Virus record (IMG/VR): IMGVR_UViG_2534682078_000030
DNA: 30,947 nucleotides
Strand: one strand, 5' to 3'
From: a virus
Lineage: Duplodnaviria > Heunggongvirae > Uroviricota > Caudoviricetes
Shown here: positions 16,214 to 26,152 of the stretch, piece by piece
Layout of the letters: each line of letters starts with the position of its first letter
Numbering within the stretch: the stretch's first letter is position 1
Notes under the pieces: model-generated
Told to the model about the DNA's origin: nothing
The model's input: the letters and a program-made list of their open reading frames with translations, nothing else
Databases searched by the model: none
Position numbers and translations under genes: made by a program

Positions 16214-16736
16214 TTCACTGTTACCACCATCAGCCAGCAGTTTCATGCGTTGTGCCGAAGCTGTCGGAACGCGCATTACAGACATCCCGGTAGACCTCAA
16301 CACGCTGTGGTCGCCGGACACCTGCCCGGTGCACCTGCTGCCTTATCTCGCCTGGGCATTTTCCGTTGACCGCTGGGATCGCAACTGGCCGGAAGAGACA
16401 AAACGACAGGTGATTCGTGATGCATGGCTGATACACCGACACAAAGGGACCATCAGCGCACTGCGCAGGGCCATTGAGCCGCTGGGATACCTCATTCGCG
16501 TGTCTGAGTGGTGGGAGTTCGGCGGAGAACCGGGAACATTTACCGTTGAAGTCGGCACACTGGACAGTGGCGTGACGGAGGAAATGTATCTGGAAATGGA
16601 GCGGTTGATTGCTGATGCCCGTCCGGTCAGCCGCCACATGACAGGGCTGAATATCATTCAGGAAATTCCGGGGGATATTTTTGCAGCGGCGGCAACTTAT
16701 GACGGTGAAGTTATTACCATTTATCCGGACGATTAA
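16206..16736 (+). CDS. I: Baseplate protein (P2 gpI family)
   Basis: ATG at 16206 overlaps the J stop; about 176 aa. Confidence 0.8.
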   Translation: MSNSLLPPSASSFMRCAEAVGTRITDIPVDLNTLWSPDTCPVHLLPYLAWAFSVDRWDRNWPEETKRQVIRDAWLIHRHKGTISALRRAIEPLGYLIRVSEWWEFGGEPGTFTVEVGTLDSGVTEEMYLEMERLIADARPVSRHMTGLNIIQEIPGDIFAAAATYDGEVITIYPDD

Positions 16737-16738
16737 GC

Positions 16739-18871
16739 ATGAGTACCACAACACGAAAATTTAAAACCGTTATCACCGATACAGGTGCCAAAAAATTAGC
16801 TCAGGCAGCCGCGCCAGATGGTAAGCCTGTCCGCCTGACTCATATGGCCGTGGGCGACGGTGGCGGCGCGTTGCCCACACCAGACAGTAAGCAGACCCGT
16901 CTGGTGCATGAGGTGTGGCGACACACTGTTAATCGCGTCATCCTGGACGCAACACATCAGAACCGCATTATTGCGGAGCTGGTTATTCCTCCAGAAACGG
17001 GCGGATTCTGGATCCGGGAAATTGGTGTGTTTGATGAGCACGGCGATTTAATCGCGGTGGGCAATACTGCCGAAAGTTACAAGCCAGCCGTTGCCGAAGG
17101 GTCCGGACGTGCACAAACATTTCGCACCATTCTGACCGTATCCAGCACTGCCACTGTGGCGCTTACCGTGGATAACACCATGGTGATGGCCACAGTGGAT
17201 TACGTGGATAACAAACTGAAAGAGCATGAACAGTCACGACGTCACCCGGATGCCTCGCTGACCGCAAAAGGCTTTGTTCAACTCAGTAGCGCCACTAACA
17301 GCGATTCTGAAACGCTGGCTGCAACGCCGAAAGCGGTTAAGGTCGCGTATGATCTTGCTAACGGAAAATATACAGCGCAGGATGCCACAACAGCGCGAAA
17401 AGGCCTTGTCCAGCTTAGTAGTGCAACCAACAGTACATCTGAAACGCTGGCGGCAACTTCAAATGCAGTAAAAGCTGCCTATGACAATGCTGAAAAACGT
17501 CTGCAGAAAGCTAAGAATGGTGAGGATATCTCTGATAAAGACACCTTTACGAAAAATATCGGTGCCTGCCGTGCATATAGTGCAGAGCTGAATATTGGTG
17601 GAGATAGTGAAGCATGGACAACTGCGCAGTTGATTTTTTGGCTAGAGAGTCAGGGGGCATTTAACCATCCTTACTGGATGTGCAAAGGCTCATGGGCTTA
17701 TGCAAATAATAAGGTCATTACAGATACAGGTTGCGGAAGTATTTGTCTTGCAGGTGCTGTTGTGGAAGTTATTGGCACCCGCGGCGCAATGACCATACGC
17801 ATTACCACACCGAGTACATCCAGCGGTGAAGGCATCCCTAATGCTCAATTTACTTATATTAATCATGGTGATGCTTATGCTCCTGGCTGGCGAAGGGACT
17901 ATAACTCCAGGAATAAGCCAACAGCATCAGAGATCGGGGCGTTACCGTCAGATGGGACAGCAGTATCGTCAGTTAATCTGGCTTCAAAAGGTCGGCTGAC
18001 CGCCCTGACAGATAATATGCAGGGGGCCACAGGTCTGGAGTTATACGAGGCGTATAACAACGGATATCCAACAACGTATGGAAATATCATTCACCTGAAA
18101 GGGATGACAGCCGTTGGCGAAGGCGAATTACTCATCGGCTGGAGTGGTATAAGCGGTGCTCATGCTCCGGCATTTATTCGTTCACGACGGGATACGACCG
18201 ACGCAAACTGGTCGCCGTGGGCGCAGCTTTACACCTCGGCTCATCCTCCTGAAGAGTTTTATCCAGTCGGTGCACCGATTCCGTGGCCATCAGATACCGT
18301 TCCGTCTGGTTATGCCCTGATACAGGGGCAGACTTTTGACAAATCTGCATACCCGAAACTTGCAGTCGCTTATCCGTCAGGCGTTATTCCTGATATGCGT
18401 GGCTGGACTATCAAGGGCAAACCTGCCAGTGGTCGTGCCGTATTGTCTCAGGAACAGGACGGCATTAAATCGCACACCCACAGCGCCAGCGCATCCAGTA
18501 CTGATTTGGGGACGAAAACCACATCGTCGTTTGATTACGGTACTAAAACGACCAGTTCATTTGATTACGGCACAAAAACCACAAATAGCGCAGGAGCTCA
18601 TTCACACAATATACCTGTTGGTCACACTGGCGCGGGGAATGGTGTATCAGCCGGTTATAACGCTGCGTTAGGTACAGGTACCACGTCGAGCGCAGGAGGG
18701 CATGCTCACAATGTATATATCGGTGCCCATAACCACACTATCGGCATTGGTGCTCATGCCCATTCTGTCATTATTGGTCCCCACGGACACACCATCACCG
18801 TTAATGCTACGGGGAACGCAGAAAACACCGTAAAAAACATCGCATTTAACTATATTGTGAGGCTTGCATAA
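16739..18871 (+). CDS. H: Tail fibre protein (P2 gpH family) with divergent His-rich C-terminal receptor-binding region
   Basis: N-terminal 250 aa align with P2 gpH ([15 protein letters not shown]...[10 protein letters not shown]...[17 protein letters not shown]...). C-terminus has tandem [10 protein letters not shown] repeats and HxH motifs. Confidence 0.9.
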   Translation: MSTTTRKFKTVITDTGAKKLAQAAAPDGKPVRLTHMAVGDGGGALPTPDSKQTRLVHEVWRHTVNRVILDATHQNRIIAELVIPPETGGFWIREIGVFDEHGDLIAVGNTAESYKPAVAEGSGRAQTFRTILTVSSTATVALTVDNTMVMATVDYVDNKLKEHEQSRRHPDASLTAKGFVQLSSATNSDSETLAATPKAVKVAYDLANGKYTAQDATTARKGLVQLSSATNSTSETLAATSNAVKAAYDNAEKRLQKAKNGEDISDKDTFTKNIGACRAYSAELNIGGDSEAWTTAQLIFWLESQGAFNHPYWMCKGSWAYANNKVITDTGCGSICLAGAVVEVIGTRGAMTIRITTPSTSSGEGIPNAQFTYINHGDAYAPGWRRDYNSRNKPTASEIGALPSDGTAVSSVNLASKGRLTALTDNMQGATGLELYEAYNNGYPTTYGNIIHLKGMTAVGEGELLIGWSGISGAHAPAFIRSRRDTTDANWSPWAQLYTSAHPPEEFYPVGAPIPWPSDTVPSGYALIQGQTFDKSAYPKLAVAYPSGVIPDMRGWTIKGKPASGRAVLSQEQDGIKSHTHSASASSTDLGTKTTSSFDYGTKTTSSFDYGTKTTNSAGAHSHNIPVGHTGAGNGVSAGYNAALGTGTTSSAGGHAHNVYIGAHNHTIGIGAHAHSVIIGPHGHTITVNATGNAENTVKNIAFNYIVRLA

Positions 18872-19447
18872 TGACATTCAGAATGAGTGAACAATCACGG
18901 ACCATAAAAATTTATAATCTACTGACCGGAACCAATGAGTTTATTGGTGAAGGTGATGCATACATTCCACCTCATACAGGTCTGCCTGCAAACAGTACCG
19001 ATATTGCCCCGCCAGATATTCCGGCTGGCTTCGTGGCCGTTTTCAACAGTGATGAGGCATCGTGGAATCTCGTTGAAGACCATCGGGGAAAAACCGTCTA
19101 TGACGTGGCTTCCGGCGACGCGTTATTTATTTCTGAACTCGGTCCATTACCGGAAAATGTTACCTGGTTGTCGCCGTATGGAGAGTATCAGAAGTGGAAC
19201 GGCACATCCTGGGTGAAAGATGCAGAAGCAGAAAAACTGTTTCGGATAAGGGAGGCGGAAGAACAAAAACAGCCTGATGCAGGTAGCCAGCGAGCATATT
19301 GCGCCACTTCAGGATGCCGTAGATTTGGATATTGCAACGGAGGAAGAGGCATCGTTACTGGCTGCATGGAAGACATACCGGGTATTGTTGAATCGTGTTA
19401 ATACAGCGGTAGCAGCGGATGTTGAGTGGCCAGTCGCCCCACAATAA
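18871..19447 (+). pseudogene. G: Tail fibre assembly chaperone (gpG/Tfa family), frameshifted at an A5 run (19265-19269)
   Basis: Frame 1 ends at 19401 with an atypical Cys-rich tail. The -1 frame from the A run encodes the conserved Tfa C-terminus [58 protein letters not shown], ending at about 19447. Confidence 0.6.
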
Positions 19448-19490
19448 AGAGAAAAAGCCATCGATTGAAATATAGATGGCTTTATGTACT

Positions 19491-20063
19491 CTATTTATAC
19501 AATACAACACCGCTCTTTTTAGTTATATATGTGCAGTTCGATGGTATATCTTTATTTATAAAAGACATTGCACCTATTTTTACATTATCCCCAATTTTAC
19601 GTGATAATCCAATGATGCAACAATTAGCTCCGATATCAACGTTACTACCAATTTTTACTCTTGAACCAGGCATGTCACCATCTATCTGTCCAATGGTAGT
19701 ATTCTGTCGTAACACCAGATTTTCACCAGCATCAACAGCAAAATGAACAACAATTCCAGCATGATGGGGAATTGTTAACCCTTTTCCAATATTTGCGCCC
19801 AATCCAATTTCACAACCAAATTTGTTAATTATTTTACTGTTTAACTTTTTGGCTGCTTTCTTATGTAATTTATTACCATTAATATACATTTCGTTAGCCA
19901 ACCGCCACCAGAAAAGGAAATTCCGGTTACGCTGTTTTTTCTCTCTTAAAAGCCTCCAGATATCCATACGTTTCCGCCGAATTACTTCATATTTCCAGAA
20001 GTTTTTTAAATTAGTAGAGTCCCCAAATAAAACAAAGTGAATTGCCATTAAGTAAGACAGCAC
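19491..20063 (-). CDS. Hexapeptide-repeat (left-handed beta-helix) acetyltransferase, cargo gene at the Z/fun position
   Basis: Repeated [LIV]-G-x-x-x-x hexads (IGLGANIGKGLTI, VKIGSNVDIGANCCIIG, KIGDNVKIGAMSF); AT-rich. Likely GTG start at 20063 with SD AAGGAG (the tracked ORF starts at 20096). Confidence 0.7.
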   Translation of the reverse strand: MLSYLMAIHFVLFGDSTNLKNFWKYEVIRRKRMDIWRLLREKKQRNRNFLFWWRLANEMYINGNKLHKKAAKKLNSKIINKFGCEIGLGANIGKGLTIPHHAGIVVHFAVDAGENLVLRQNTTIGQIDGDMPGSRVKIGSNVDIGANCCIIGLSRKIGDNVKIGAMSFINKDIPSNCTYITKKSGVVLYK

Positions 20064-20114
20064 GATAATCTCCTTAATTATTATTTCAGACCACACATAT
20101 TATAAGGTTAAGAG

Positions 20115-20143
20115 ATTATAAAATCCTGTTGTTTGTTATTCAA
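20115..20143 (-). promoter_or_regulatory. Candidate sigma70 promoter TTGAAT-17-TATAAT for the acetyltransferase
   Basis: On the minus strand: -35 TTGAAT (20143-20138), 17-bp spacer, perfect -10 TATAAT (20120-20115), about 50 bp upstream of the start codon. Confidence 0.5.
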
Positions 20144-20219
20144 AAACAATTTTCTGAGAAGGACATACAACAGCAAGTCGCCAGTCACCTTCATCAGGAA
20201 ATTGGCGACATACGTTAAA

Positions 20220-20714
20220 TCAGAGCAGCCCCTTAACTGAGCTGGTCGCGCTATTAAGGGATGATGTCACCTTATCTTTGAAGCCGGACAACATATCGCT
20301 GAACGATGAGGATTGCAGGCGCTCCCGCAAATCCTCATCACAGCGTTCAAGAGTCAGTGAAAATTCTATCTTTTTCGCCTTACCGTAGCGATCAAACTCG
20401 GAGCGGGTCGTATTCGTTCCGGTCAGGACATACATGCCGTAAATCTGCCCGACACCATCAATCAGAGGCCAGGGGCGTCCTGTATATGCCTGCGTGGTCA
20501 GCAGAGACAGCGACACTTCGCCACCTGTAATTTCAGGATAAAGCACGCCGGAAAGCACGATGCGATCATCACCTGCACCGATATACTGCCAGCTTGCTGA
20601 ACGGTTAACACGTTCATTTTTCACATGCCGCCAGCTTTTGTTTTGCTGTAACTGCTGATGCGGCAGTGTGCGCAGCTCAAAAACAAACATGCCGTAGATC
20701 ATCATCATGACCAT
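20220..20714 (-). CDS. U: Tail protein (P2 gpU family)
   Basis: 164 aa; YGMFVFELRTLPHQQLQQNKSWRH resembles the gpU N-terminus; directly downstream of the tape measure gene. Confidence 0.85.
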   Translation of the reverse strand: MVMMMIYGMFVFELRTLPHQQLQQNKSWRHVKNERVNRSASWQYIGAGDDRIVLSGVLYPEITGGEVSLSLLTTQAYTGRPWPLIDGVGQIYGMYVLTGTNTTRSEFDRYGKAKKIEFSLTLERCDEDLRERLQSSSFSDMLSGFKDKVTSSLNSATSSVKGLL

Positions 20715-20720
20715 GACTCC

Positions 20721-23537
20721 TCAATCTTTATCGTAAAAACTGCCACGTCCGGCACGGGCGCGCCGTTCCATCTCTGCCCTGACCATTTCACCGACCAGTT
20801 TCGCCAGTTCGCGGGGATTCTGCGTAACAACGTTATGCAGATGAACATGAATTTCACCGCCAAATCCGGAGGCAACAGGCTCCCGGTTACGGGAAGTTAC
20901 AGGAACTGATGCCACTGGAGATCGTATGGCCTCCGCCACCGGGCGGGAGCTGGCCGCAACAACAGGGACCAGCGCCGGAGGCAGCGGAGCCGGGACCACG
21001 GGTGTGATATTAATTGCGGGGGCAGGCTTACTGACCTGCGCAATCTTCCGCTCCTGCCACTCCCCACGAACAGCAAGTGCGCGGGGCAGGTTCTTAAAGA
21101 CAATATCGCCAGGGCCAATGCGTTTTTTCGTCTCATCAACCAGCTTACCTGTGTTATCAGCAATTTTGCTGAGTCTGCGTAGCGTCCCGGTATTGCTGTC
21201 TGTGAGCGGTTTGTTGTCTTTGGGTTTATCACCTCCGGTGCCATTGCCATTTTCCACAGGCTTCGGCGGATTGATTTTCGCCAGGTCCCCCTGAAGTAAG
21301 GCAACCTTATCCTGAAGAATGGCCGCACGCTGTGCGTCTTCGATTTTCTTGCGCGCCCTTTCCGCTTCATCCGGAAGGACGCCAAGTTTTTCAAGTATCC
21401 ACGCCAGCGTATCCAGTAGCATTTTTGCAGGTGTCAGAACAAGTTGTAACGCACCGCCAAGAACGTTACCGAATATCTCGCCAGCACTGGTACATTTATC
21501 CAGCGTTTCCTTGCTGGACTCCATCGGTGACAGCAGCGATTTAAACCAGTTAAACACCTGGCTGATCCCGCTTCCGATTGCGTCAAAAACAGGGCCAAAC
21601 CGTTCAAAGGTTTCACGCAACGGGTTCAGCCTTTCCATAATCCCGCTGAACACCCCGGCAAAAAATGCCCTGATGGGATCCCAGTATTTCCAGATAAGGA
21701 CGGCAGCTCCGGCAAGCGCAGCCACGATAAGACCAACCGGACTGAACAGCGCCCCGATAGCGCCTCCCAGTAAAGAAACGGAACCCGTCACCATTCCCCA
21801 TAGTGCTGGCAGGACCCTGACAGCATTCATTGATCCGGTCAGGAGAGAAAAACCAAGACGCAGTTTTGCCAGCGGACCAGCAAGCACACCAATAGCCAGC
21901 GACAACGAGCCAACCGTTGCAGTCATTGCCAGCAACGCACCGCCTGCTATCAGTAGCTGGCGCGTCAGTGCCGGATGGGCCTGCGCCAGCGCCGTCACCC
22001 TTGATACCACCCGCGTGAGCCACTGCGTGACAGAACGCAGCGGACCGTCAATCAGATCTGCAATGCGGATGCGCAACCCTTCCCATGCACTGCCGAGTGA
22101 TTTCAGATCGCCGTCAAGGTTGTTGGCCATAACCTTTGCTGTGCGTTCAGCCTCACCGCGCGCGCCTTCAAGTTCTTTTCTCAGTTTGGGTAAGGAACCG
22201 TCACCCGCTGCATCAACGAGCGCCATAAACGATGTGAAAGCCTCTTCTCCGGCAATGTCCTTAAAGAACGATACCCGGTCAACTTCCCCGTATTTGCGGG
22301 TGGCTTTATAAAGGTCGGCCAGCACATCCTCCATCGGGCGCATTTTGCCGTTCGCGTCAGAGACTGCCACACCAAGCTCTTTCAGCGCCTCTGCTGCCGC
22401 CTTTGGCGGTGATGCCAGACGAGCCAGGCTGGCACGCATTGCCGTCCCGGCATCACTTCCCCTGATACCCATATTCGCCAGCACGCCCGCCATCGCTGCG
22501 GCCTGCTCCAGCGATATTCCCAGCTTGCCCGCCACCGGACCTGCATATTTCATGGTTTCGCCCAGTGCGCGAAGGTCAGTGTTGGTACGGGTAAACGCTG
22601 CGGTGAGCGTGTCACCGACCCGGTCCATCTGGTCGGCAGAAAGGCCGAACTGCGTCAGGATGTTTGAGCCAATATCCGCCGTCTCGCCGAGATCCATACC
22701 GCCAGCCGTTGCCATGCTCAGCACACCGGGAAGCGCAGCCTGAATGGCCTGTGGTGTGAAGCCAGCCATTGCAAGAAATGCCTGGCCACTGGCGGCATCG
22801 CCTGCGGTGAACTGCGTTTCAGAGCCAAGTTTTAACGCCTGCTCACGCAGCGCCTTAAACTGTGGGCTGTTCTGGTCGATTCGCGTCAGCGCCTGAACGC
22901 GGGACATCTCTTTCCCGAACCCGATCGCAGGCTGCAAAAAACGCCCGGCAGCATAGCCGCCCGCCGCTGCCGCACCAATTGCCAGCGCACCACCTGTTTT
23001 CAGTTTTCCCGCGGTTTCCTGCGCGCGCGAATACCGCTCACGCGCCCGCGTTACACGCGCAAGCGCCTGCCGTTCGCGTTCAAGCTGGTTGTTGTACTGT
23101 TCGGTGCGTCTGATGGCCTGCTGGATGGTGTTATCGCTGCCTGTCAGGGAAATGCCGTGGCGTTTCAGTTCTCCGCCAAGTTCCCGCATTTTCTGAATTT
23201 CCCGTGTGCGCGATTCATTCAGGCGTTCAAGCCGGGTGCTTAACTGCTGCATCAGCTTTTGTTGTTTTTCGCTGAGCACTGTACCCGTGCGTTGTAACTG
23301 ATTAAGGGCGTTAAGCTGGCGTCGTGCTTTCACGATACCCGCATCCGCTTTACTGACAGCGTCGCGGGCGCGCTCAAATGAACGCGCCTGACGCTCGAGA
23401 TTTTTGATCGCCCCCTGCGTTCGCTGGATGGAGTCACCAAACTGCCCCATCAGGCGGCGGGCGTTTTCGGCAGGCCGGGTCAGCCTGTCAACGGCGCTGA
23501 AAGCGACCCGGATATCAAGAGTCTTCATTATCTGCAT
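20721..23537 (-). CDS. T: Tail tape measure protein (P2 gpT family)
   Basis: 938 aa, coiled-coil N-terminal half and Ala/Gly-rich hydrophobic central region; follows E/E'. Confidence 0.9.
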   Translation of the reverse strand: MQIMKTLDIRVAFSAVDRLTRPAENARRLMGQFGDSIQRTQGAIKNLERQARSFERARDAVSKADAGIVKARRQLNALNQLQRTGTVLSEKQQKLMQQLSTRLERLNESRTREIQKMRELGGELKRHGISLTGSDNTIQQAIRRTEQYNNQLERERQALARVTRARERYSRAQETAGKLKTGGALAIGAAAAGGYAAGRFLQPAIGFGKEMSRVQALTRIDQNSPQFKALREQALKLGSETQFTAGDAASGQAFLAMAGFTPQAIQAALPGVLSMATAGGMDLGETADIGSNILTQFGLSADQMDRVGDTLTAAFTRTNTDLRALGETMKYAGPVAGKLGISLEQAAAMAGVLANMGIRGSDAGTAMRASLARLASPPKAAAEALKELGVAVSDANGKMRPMEDVLADLYKATRKYGEVDRVSFFKDIAGEEAFTSFMALVDAAGDGSLPKLRKELEGARGEAERTAKVMANNLDGDLKSLGSAWEGLRIRIADLIDGPLRSVTQWLTRVVSRVTALAQAHPALTRQLLIAGGALLAMTATVGSLSLAIGVLAGPLAKLRLGFSLLTGSMNAVRVLPALWGMVTGSVSLLGGAIGALFSPVGLIVAALAGAAVLIWKYWDPIRAFFAGVFSGIMERLNPLRETFERFGPVFDAIGSGISQVFNWFKSLLSPMESSKETLDKCTSAGEIFGNVLGGALQLVLTPAKMLLDTLAWILEKLGVLPDEAERARKKIEDAQRAAILQDKVALLQGDLAKINPPKPVENGNGTGGDKPKDNKPLTDSNTGTLRRLSKIADNTGKLVDETKKRIGPGDIVFKNLPRALAVRGEWQERKIAQVSKPAPAINITPVVPAPLPPALVPVVAASSRPVAEAIRSPVASVPVTSRNREPVASGFGGEIHVHLHNVVTQNPRELAKLVGEMVRAEMERRARAGRGSFYDKD

Positions 23538-24053
23538 TCCCGCTGCGAAGTGCCGCCCGCTCGCGCCAGCTAACCACTTCGCCGGGCGTCATCATGAAGA
23601 TTTCGGCGGGCGACCAGTTAAAAATGGCGGCAATATCCGCCACCAGATCTTCGATGTGCTCAAAGCACACCAGGGTGATTACGCTGCCGTCTCCTGCACG
23701 CTCTTCGCGCCAGAGTCTGGCTCGCTCATAAAATTTACAGCCACTGCGCACAACTGAATAAAATCGCGTGACGACATTTTTTTAATCATCACTTCATCCA
23801 GTCGTGGCGAGGTCACGCGAGGCAACAGCGTAAACATGGTATCCGCTTTCAGATTCAGCACATCAGACAGCGACAGACCACGCAGGGATCCAGCCTGCTC
23901 AATAGCCCCGGTGATCTCCACATACGTGATTTTTTCGCCACCACGCTCAATTGGTCGGGTCAGTTTTACGCCACGTTCGACAGCCATATCCTCACCTGCC
24001 GTCACATCACCCGCCACGGTGTTATTCCGGGTTTCAGTATCGATGTCTTTCAT
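23515..24053 (-). CDS. E': Tail assembly chaperone E+E' made by programmed -1 frameshift
   Basis: The -1 frame is open from the A7 run to 23515 and encodes ...FMMTPGEVVSWRERAALRSG, resembling the conserved E' C-terminus; overlaps the start of T as in P2. Confidence 0.6.
23679..24053 (-). CDS. E: Tail assembly chaperone (P2 gpE family)
   Basis: 124-aa ORF upstream of T; contains the A7 slippery run (plus-strand T7 at 23777-23783). Confidence 0.7.
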   Translation of the reverse strand: MKDIDTETRNNTVAGDVTAGEDMAVERGVKLTRPIERGGEKITYVEITGAIEQAGSLRGLSLSDVLNLKADTMFTLLPRVTSPRLDEVMIKKMSSRDFIQLCAVAVNFMSEPDSGAKSVQETAA

Positions 24054-24108
24054 CAGTTGTCTCCTTTTCAGTCAGAGGCGACGCACTGCGCCGCCTGCAT
24101 ATTACTTA

Positions 24109-24621
24109 TCAGCCAAGCCCAAGCGCGGAACGGATACGGTCAGGCACAATGTCCTTGCCGTCCTTCCGGTAAATGAAGTTCAGCAGGTCAATCTCCCACA
24201 ACGGGCGATCGTTAACACTCAGCTTGTAGTAGGTGTTTTTAATGGCGTAAGTGTGTGATGTGGCTTCGCCCTGTTTGGCTTCCCCCATATCAATTTCCGT
24301 CACACGCCCGCGCATCTCGATTTCATACAGATCGCTTTCTGCATCGGTGTAGTATTCACCCACAAAACGCAGCAGCGTGCCGTCAATCGTGCCGCCATAC
24401 TTAAGGAACAGCGCACGAACAGCTCCCCCCATGACAAAACTCGCATCAAGCGCGGAGTCGTCCAGACCGAGATCAATACTTACCGCACCCATCATGCCGC
24501 CCCCCCGGTAGCTGTCGGTTTTGCGCGTCAGTTTGGGCAGAGTGACGGACGTCACCTTACCCACTTCGTTTTCACCATCCACAAACAGCGTAAAAAAGCG
24601 AAGATGTTTTGGTACAGCCAT
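24109..24621 (-). CDS. FII: Tail tube protein (P2 gpFII family)
   Basis: 170 aa; VTLPKLTRK...YRGGGMMGA...DLGLDD matches the gpFII N-terminal pattern. Confidence 0.9.
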   Translation of the reverse strand: MAVPKHLRFFTLFVDGENEVGKVTSVTLPKLTRKTDSYRGGGMMGAVSIDLGLDDSALDASFVMGGAVRALFLKYGGTIDGTLLRFVGEYYTDAESDLYEIEMRGRVTEIDMGEAKQGEATSHTYAIKNTYYKLSVNDRPLWEIDLLNFIYRKDGKDIVPDRIRSALGLG

Positions 24622-24836
24622 CAGGCACCTCCCAGCACCGCAAATGCGGGTTCAAAGTATTCATCAGTAAACGTCTGGTAAAGCTCCATGTCTTCCAGTG
24701 GCGGAACGGGCGTATATTTGTAGCGAATACGCACACGCCCCTGACGTAAATCCGTGGTGCTGTTATCCACCACGTCATACCAGCACTCCGCGCCAATCAG
24801 TTTCCCGGCAGTAACCAGTGAATCCAGTTTTGCCCT

Positions 24837-24839
24837 GAT
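24837..24839. repeat. Target-site duplication GAT, left copy
   Basis: Triplet immediately 5' of the IS terminus TGAACCGCC; identical to 26150-26152. Confidence 0.8.
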
Positions 24840-24893
24840 TGAACCGCCCCGGAAATCCTGGAGACTAAACTCCCTGAGAAAGAGGTAAACAGG

Positions 24894-25220
24894 ATGACTA
24901 AAAATACTCGTTTTTCCCCCGAAGTCCGTCAGCGGGCGATTCGTATGGTTCTGGAAAGTCAGGATGAATATGACTCACAGTGGGCGGCAATTTGTTCCAT
25001 TGCCCCAAAGATTGGCTGTACGCCGGAGACTCTGCGTGTCTGGGTTCGCCAGCATGAGCGGGATACCGGGGGCGGTGATGGTGGGCTCACCAGCGCTGAA
25101 CGTCAGCGTCTGAAAGAGCTGGAACGTGAAAATCGTGAACTGCGCCGCAGTAACGATATCCTTCGCCAGTCTTCCGCTTATTTTGCGAAGGCGGAGTTCG
25201 ACCGCCTCTGGAAAAAATGA
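24894..25220 (+). CDS. IS3-family transposase OrfA (helix-turn-helix, leucine zipper)
   Basis: 108 aa, [41 protein letters not shown]..., which I recognise as IS629/IS1203 OrfA. Confidence 0.9.
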   Translation: MTKNTRFSPEVRQRAIRMVLESQDEYDSQWAAICSIAPKIGCTPETLRVWVRQHERDTGGGDGGLTSAERQRLKELERENRELRRSNDILRQSSAYFAKAEFDRLWKK

Positions 25221-26107
25221 TGCCACTGCTGGATAAGCTGCGTGAGCAGTACGGGGTCGGACCGGTATGCAGCGAACTGCATATTGCCCCGTCAACGTAT
25301 TACCATTGTCAGCAACAGCGACATCATCCGGATAAACGCAGTGCCCGTGCGCAGCACGACGACTGGCTGAAGAGAGAGATACAGCGCGTATACGATGAAA
25401 ATCATCAGGTGTACGGTGTGCGTAAAGTCTGGCGTCAGTTGTTACGGGAAGGAATCAGGGTGGCCAGATGTACAGTGGCACGTCTCATGGCGGTTATGGG
25501 ACTTGCCGGTGTTCTCCGGGGTAAAAAGGTCCGTACGACCATCAGCCGGAAAGCCGTTGCCGCAGGCGACCGCGTAAACCGTCAGTTCGTGGCAGAACGA
25601 CCTGACCAGCTGTGGGTGGCTGATTTTACTTACGTCAGCACATGGCAGGGCTTCGTCTATGTGGCGTTTATCATTGATGTGTTTGCCGGATACATCGTGG
25701 GGTGGCGGGTCTCATCGTCTATGGAAACGACATTCGTGCTGGATGCGCTGGAGCAGGCGTTGTGGGCCCGTCGTCCGTCTGGCACCATCCATCACAGCGA
25801 TAAAGGCTCTCAGTATGTGTCACTGGCCTATACGGAGCGACTAAAAGAAGCCGGATTACTGGCATCAACAGGGAGTACAGGCGACTCGTATGACAACGCG
25901 ATGGCTGAGAGCATCAATGGTCTTTACAAAGCGGAGGTAATACACCGTAAGAGCTGGAAAAACCGTGCAGAAGTGGAACTGGCCACACTAACGTGGGTGG
26001 ACTGGTATAACAATCGACGATTGCTGGGAAGGCTGGGCCATACTCCTCCGGCAGAAGCAGAAAAAGCTTATTATGCTTCCATCGGAAACGATGATCTGGC
26101 AGCCTGA
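25217..26107 (+). CDS. IS3-family transposase OrfB (DDE catalytic domain)
   Basis: 296 aa in the -1 frame relative to orfA, normally expressed as an OrfAB fusion by frameshifting at the A run. Confidence 0.9.
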   Translation: MMPLLDKLREQYGVGPVCSELHIAPSTYYHCQQQRHHPDKRSARAQHDDWLKREIQRVYDENHQVYGVRKVWRQLLREGIRVARCTVARLMAVMGLAGVLRGKKVRTTISRKAVAAGDRVNRQFVAERPDQLWVADFTYVSTWQGFVYVAFIIDVFAGYIVGWRVSSSMETTFVLDALEQALWARRPSGTIHHSDKGSQYVSLAYTERLKEAGLLASTGSTGDSYDNAMAESINGLYKAEVIHRKSWKNRAEVELATLTWVDWYNNRRLLGRLGHTPPAEAEKAYYASIGNDDLAA

Positions 26108-26149
26108 GTTCACAGATAAAACACTCTCCAGGAAACCCGGGGCGGTTCA

Positions 26150-26152
26150 GAT
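26150..26152. repeat. Target-site duplication GAT, right copy
   Basis: Triplet immediately 3' of the IS terminus ...GGGCGGTTCA. Confidence 0.8.

Larger units (their letters stand above)
24840..26149 (+). mobile_element. IS3-family insertion sequence (IS629/IS1203-like), copy B, 1310 bp, apparently intact
   Basis: Terminal inverted repeats TGAACCGCCCCGG (AAATCC / GTTTCC); orfA and orfB overlap in the -1 frame at an A6 run (25210-25215); 3-bp direct repeat of the target. Confidence 0.9.

Noticed and set aside
20926-23113. Several plus-strand ORFs (122, 330, 132, 83 aa) inside the tape measure gene
   Set aside because: Antisense to the 938-aa tape measure ORF; low-complexity Ala/Ser/Pro-rich translations typical of the reverse frame of GC-rich coding DNA.
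23-26149. The two IS copies as ends of a composite transposon carrying the head/tail genes
   Set aside because: The copies are in inverted orientation around phage structural genes in conserved order, copy B has its own 3-bp target duplication inside FI, and copy A lacks one; independent insertion plus a deletion or rearrangement at copy A fits better.
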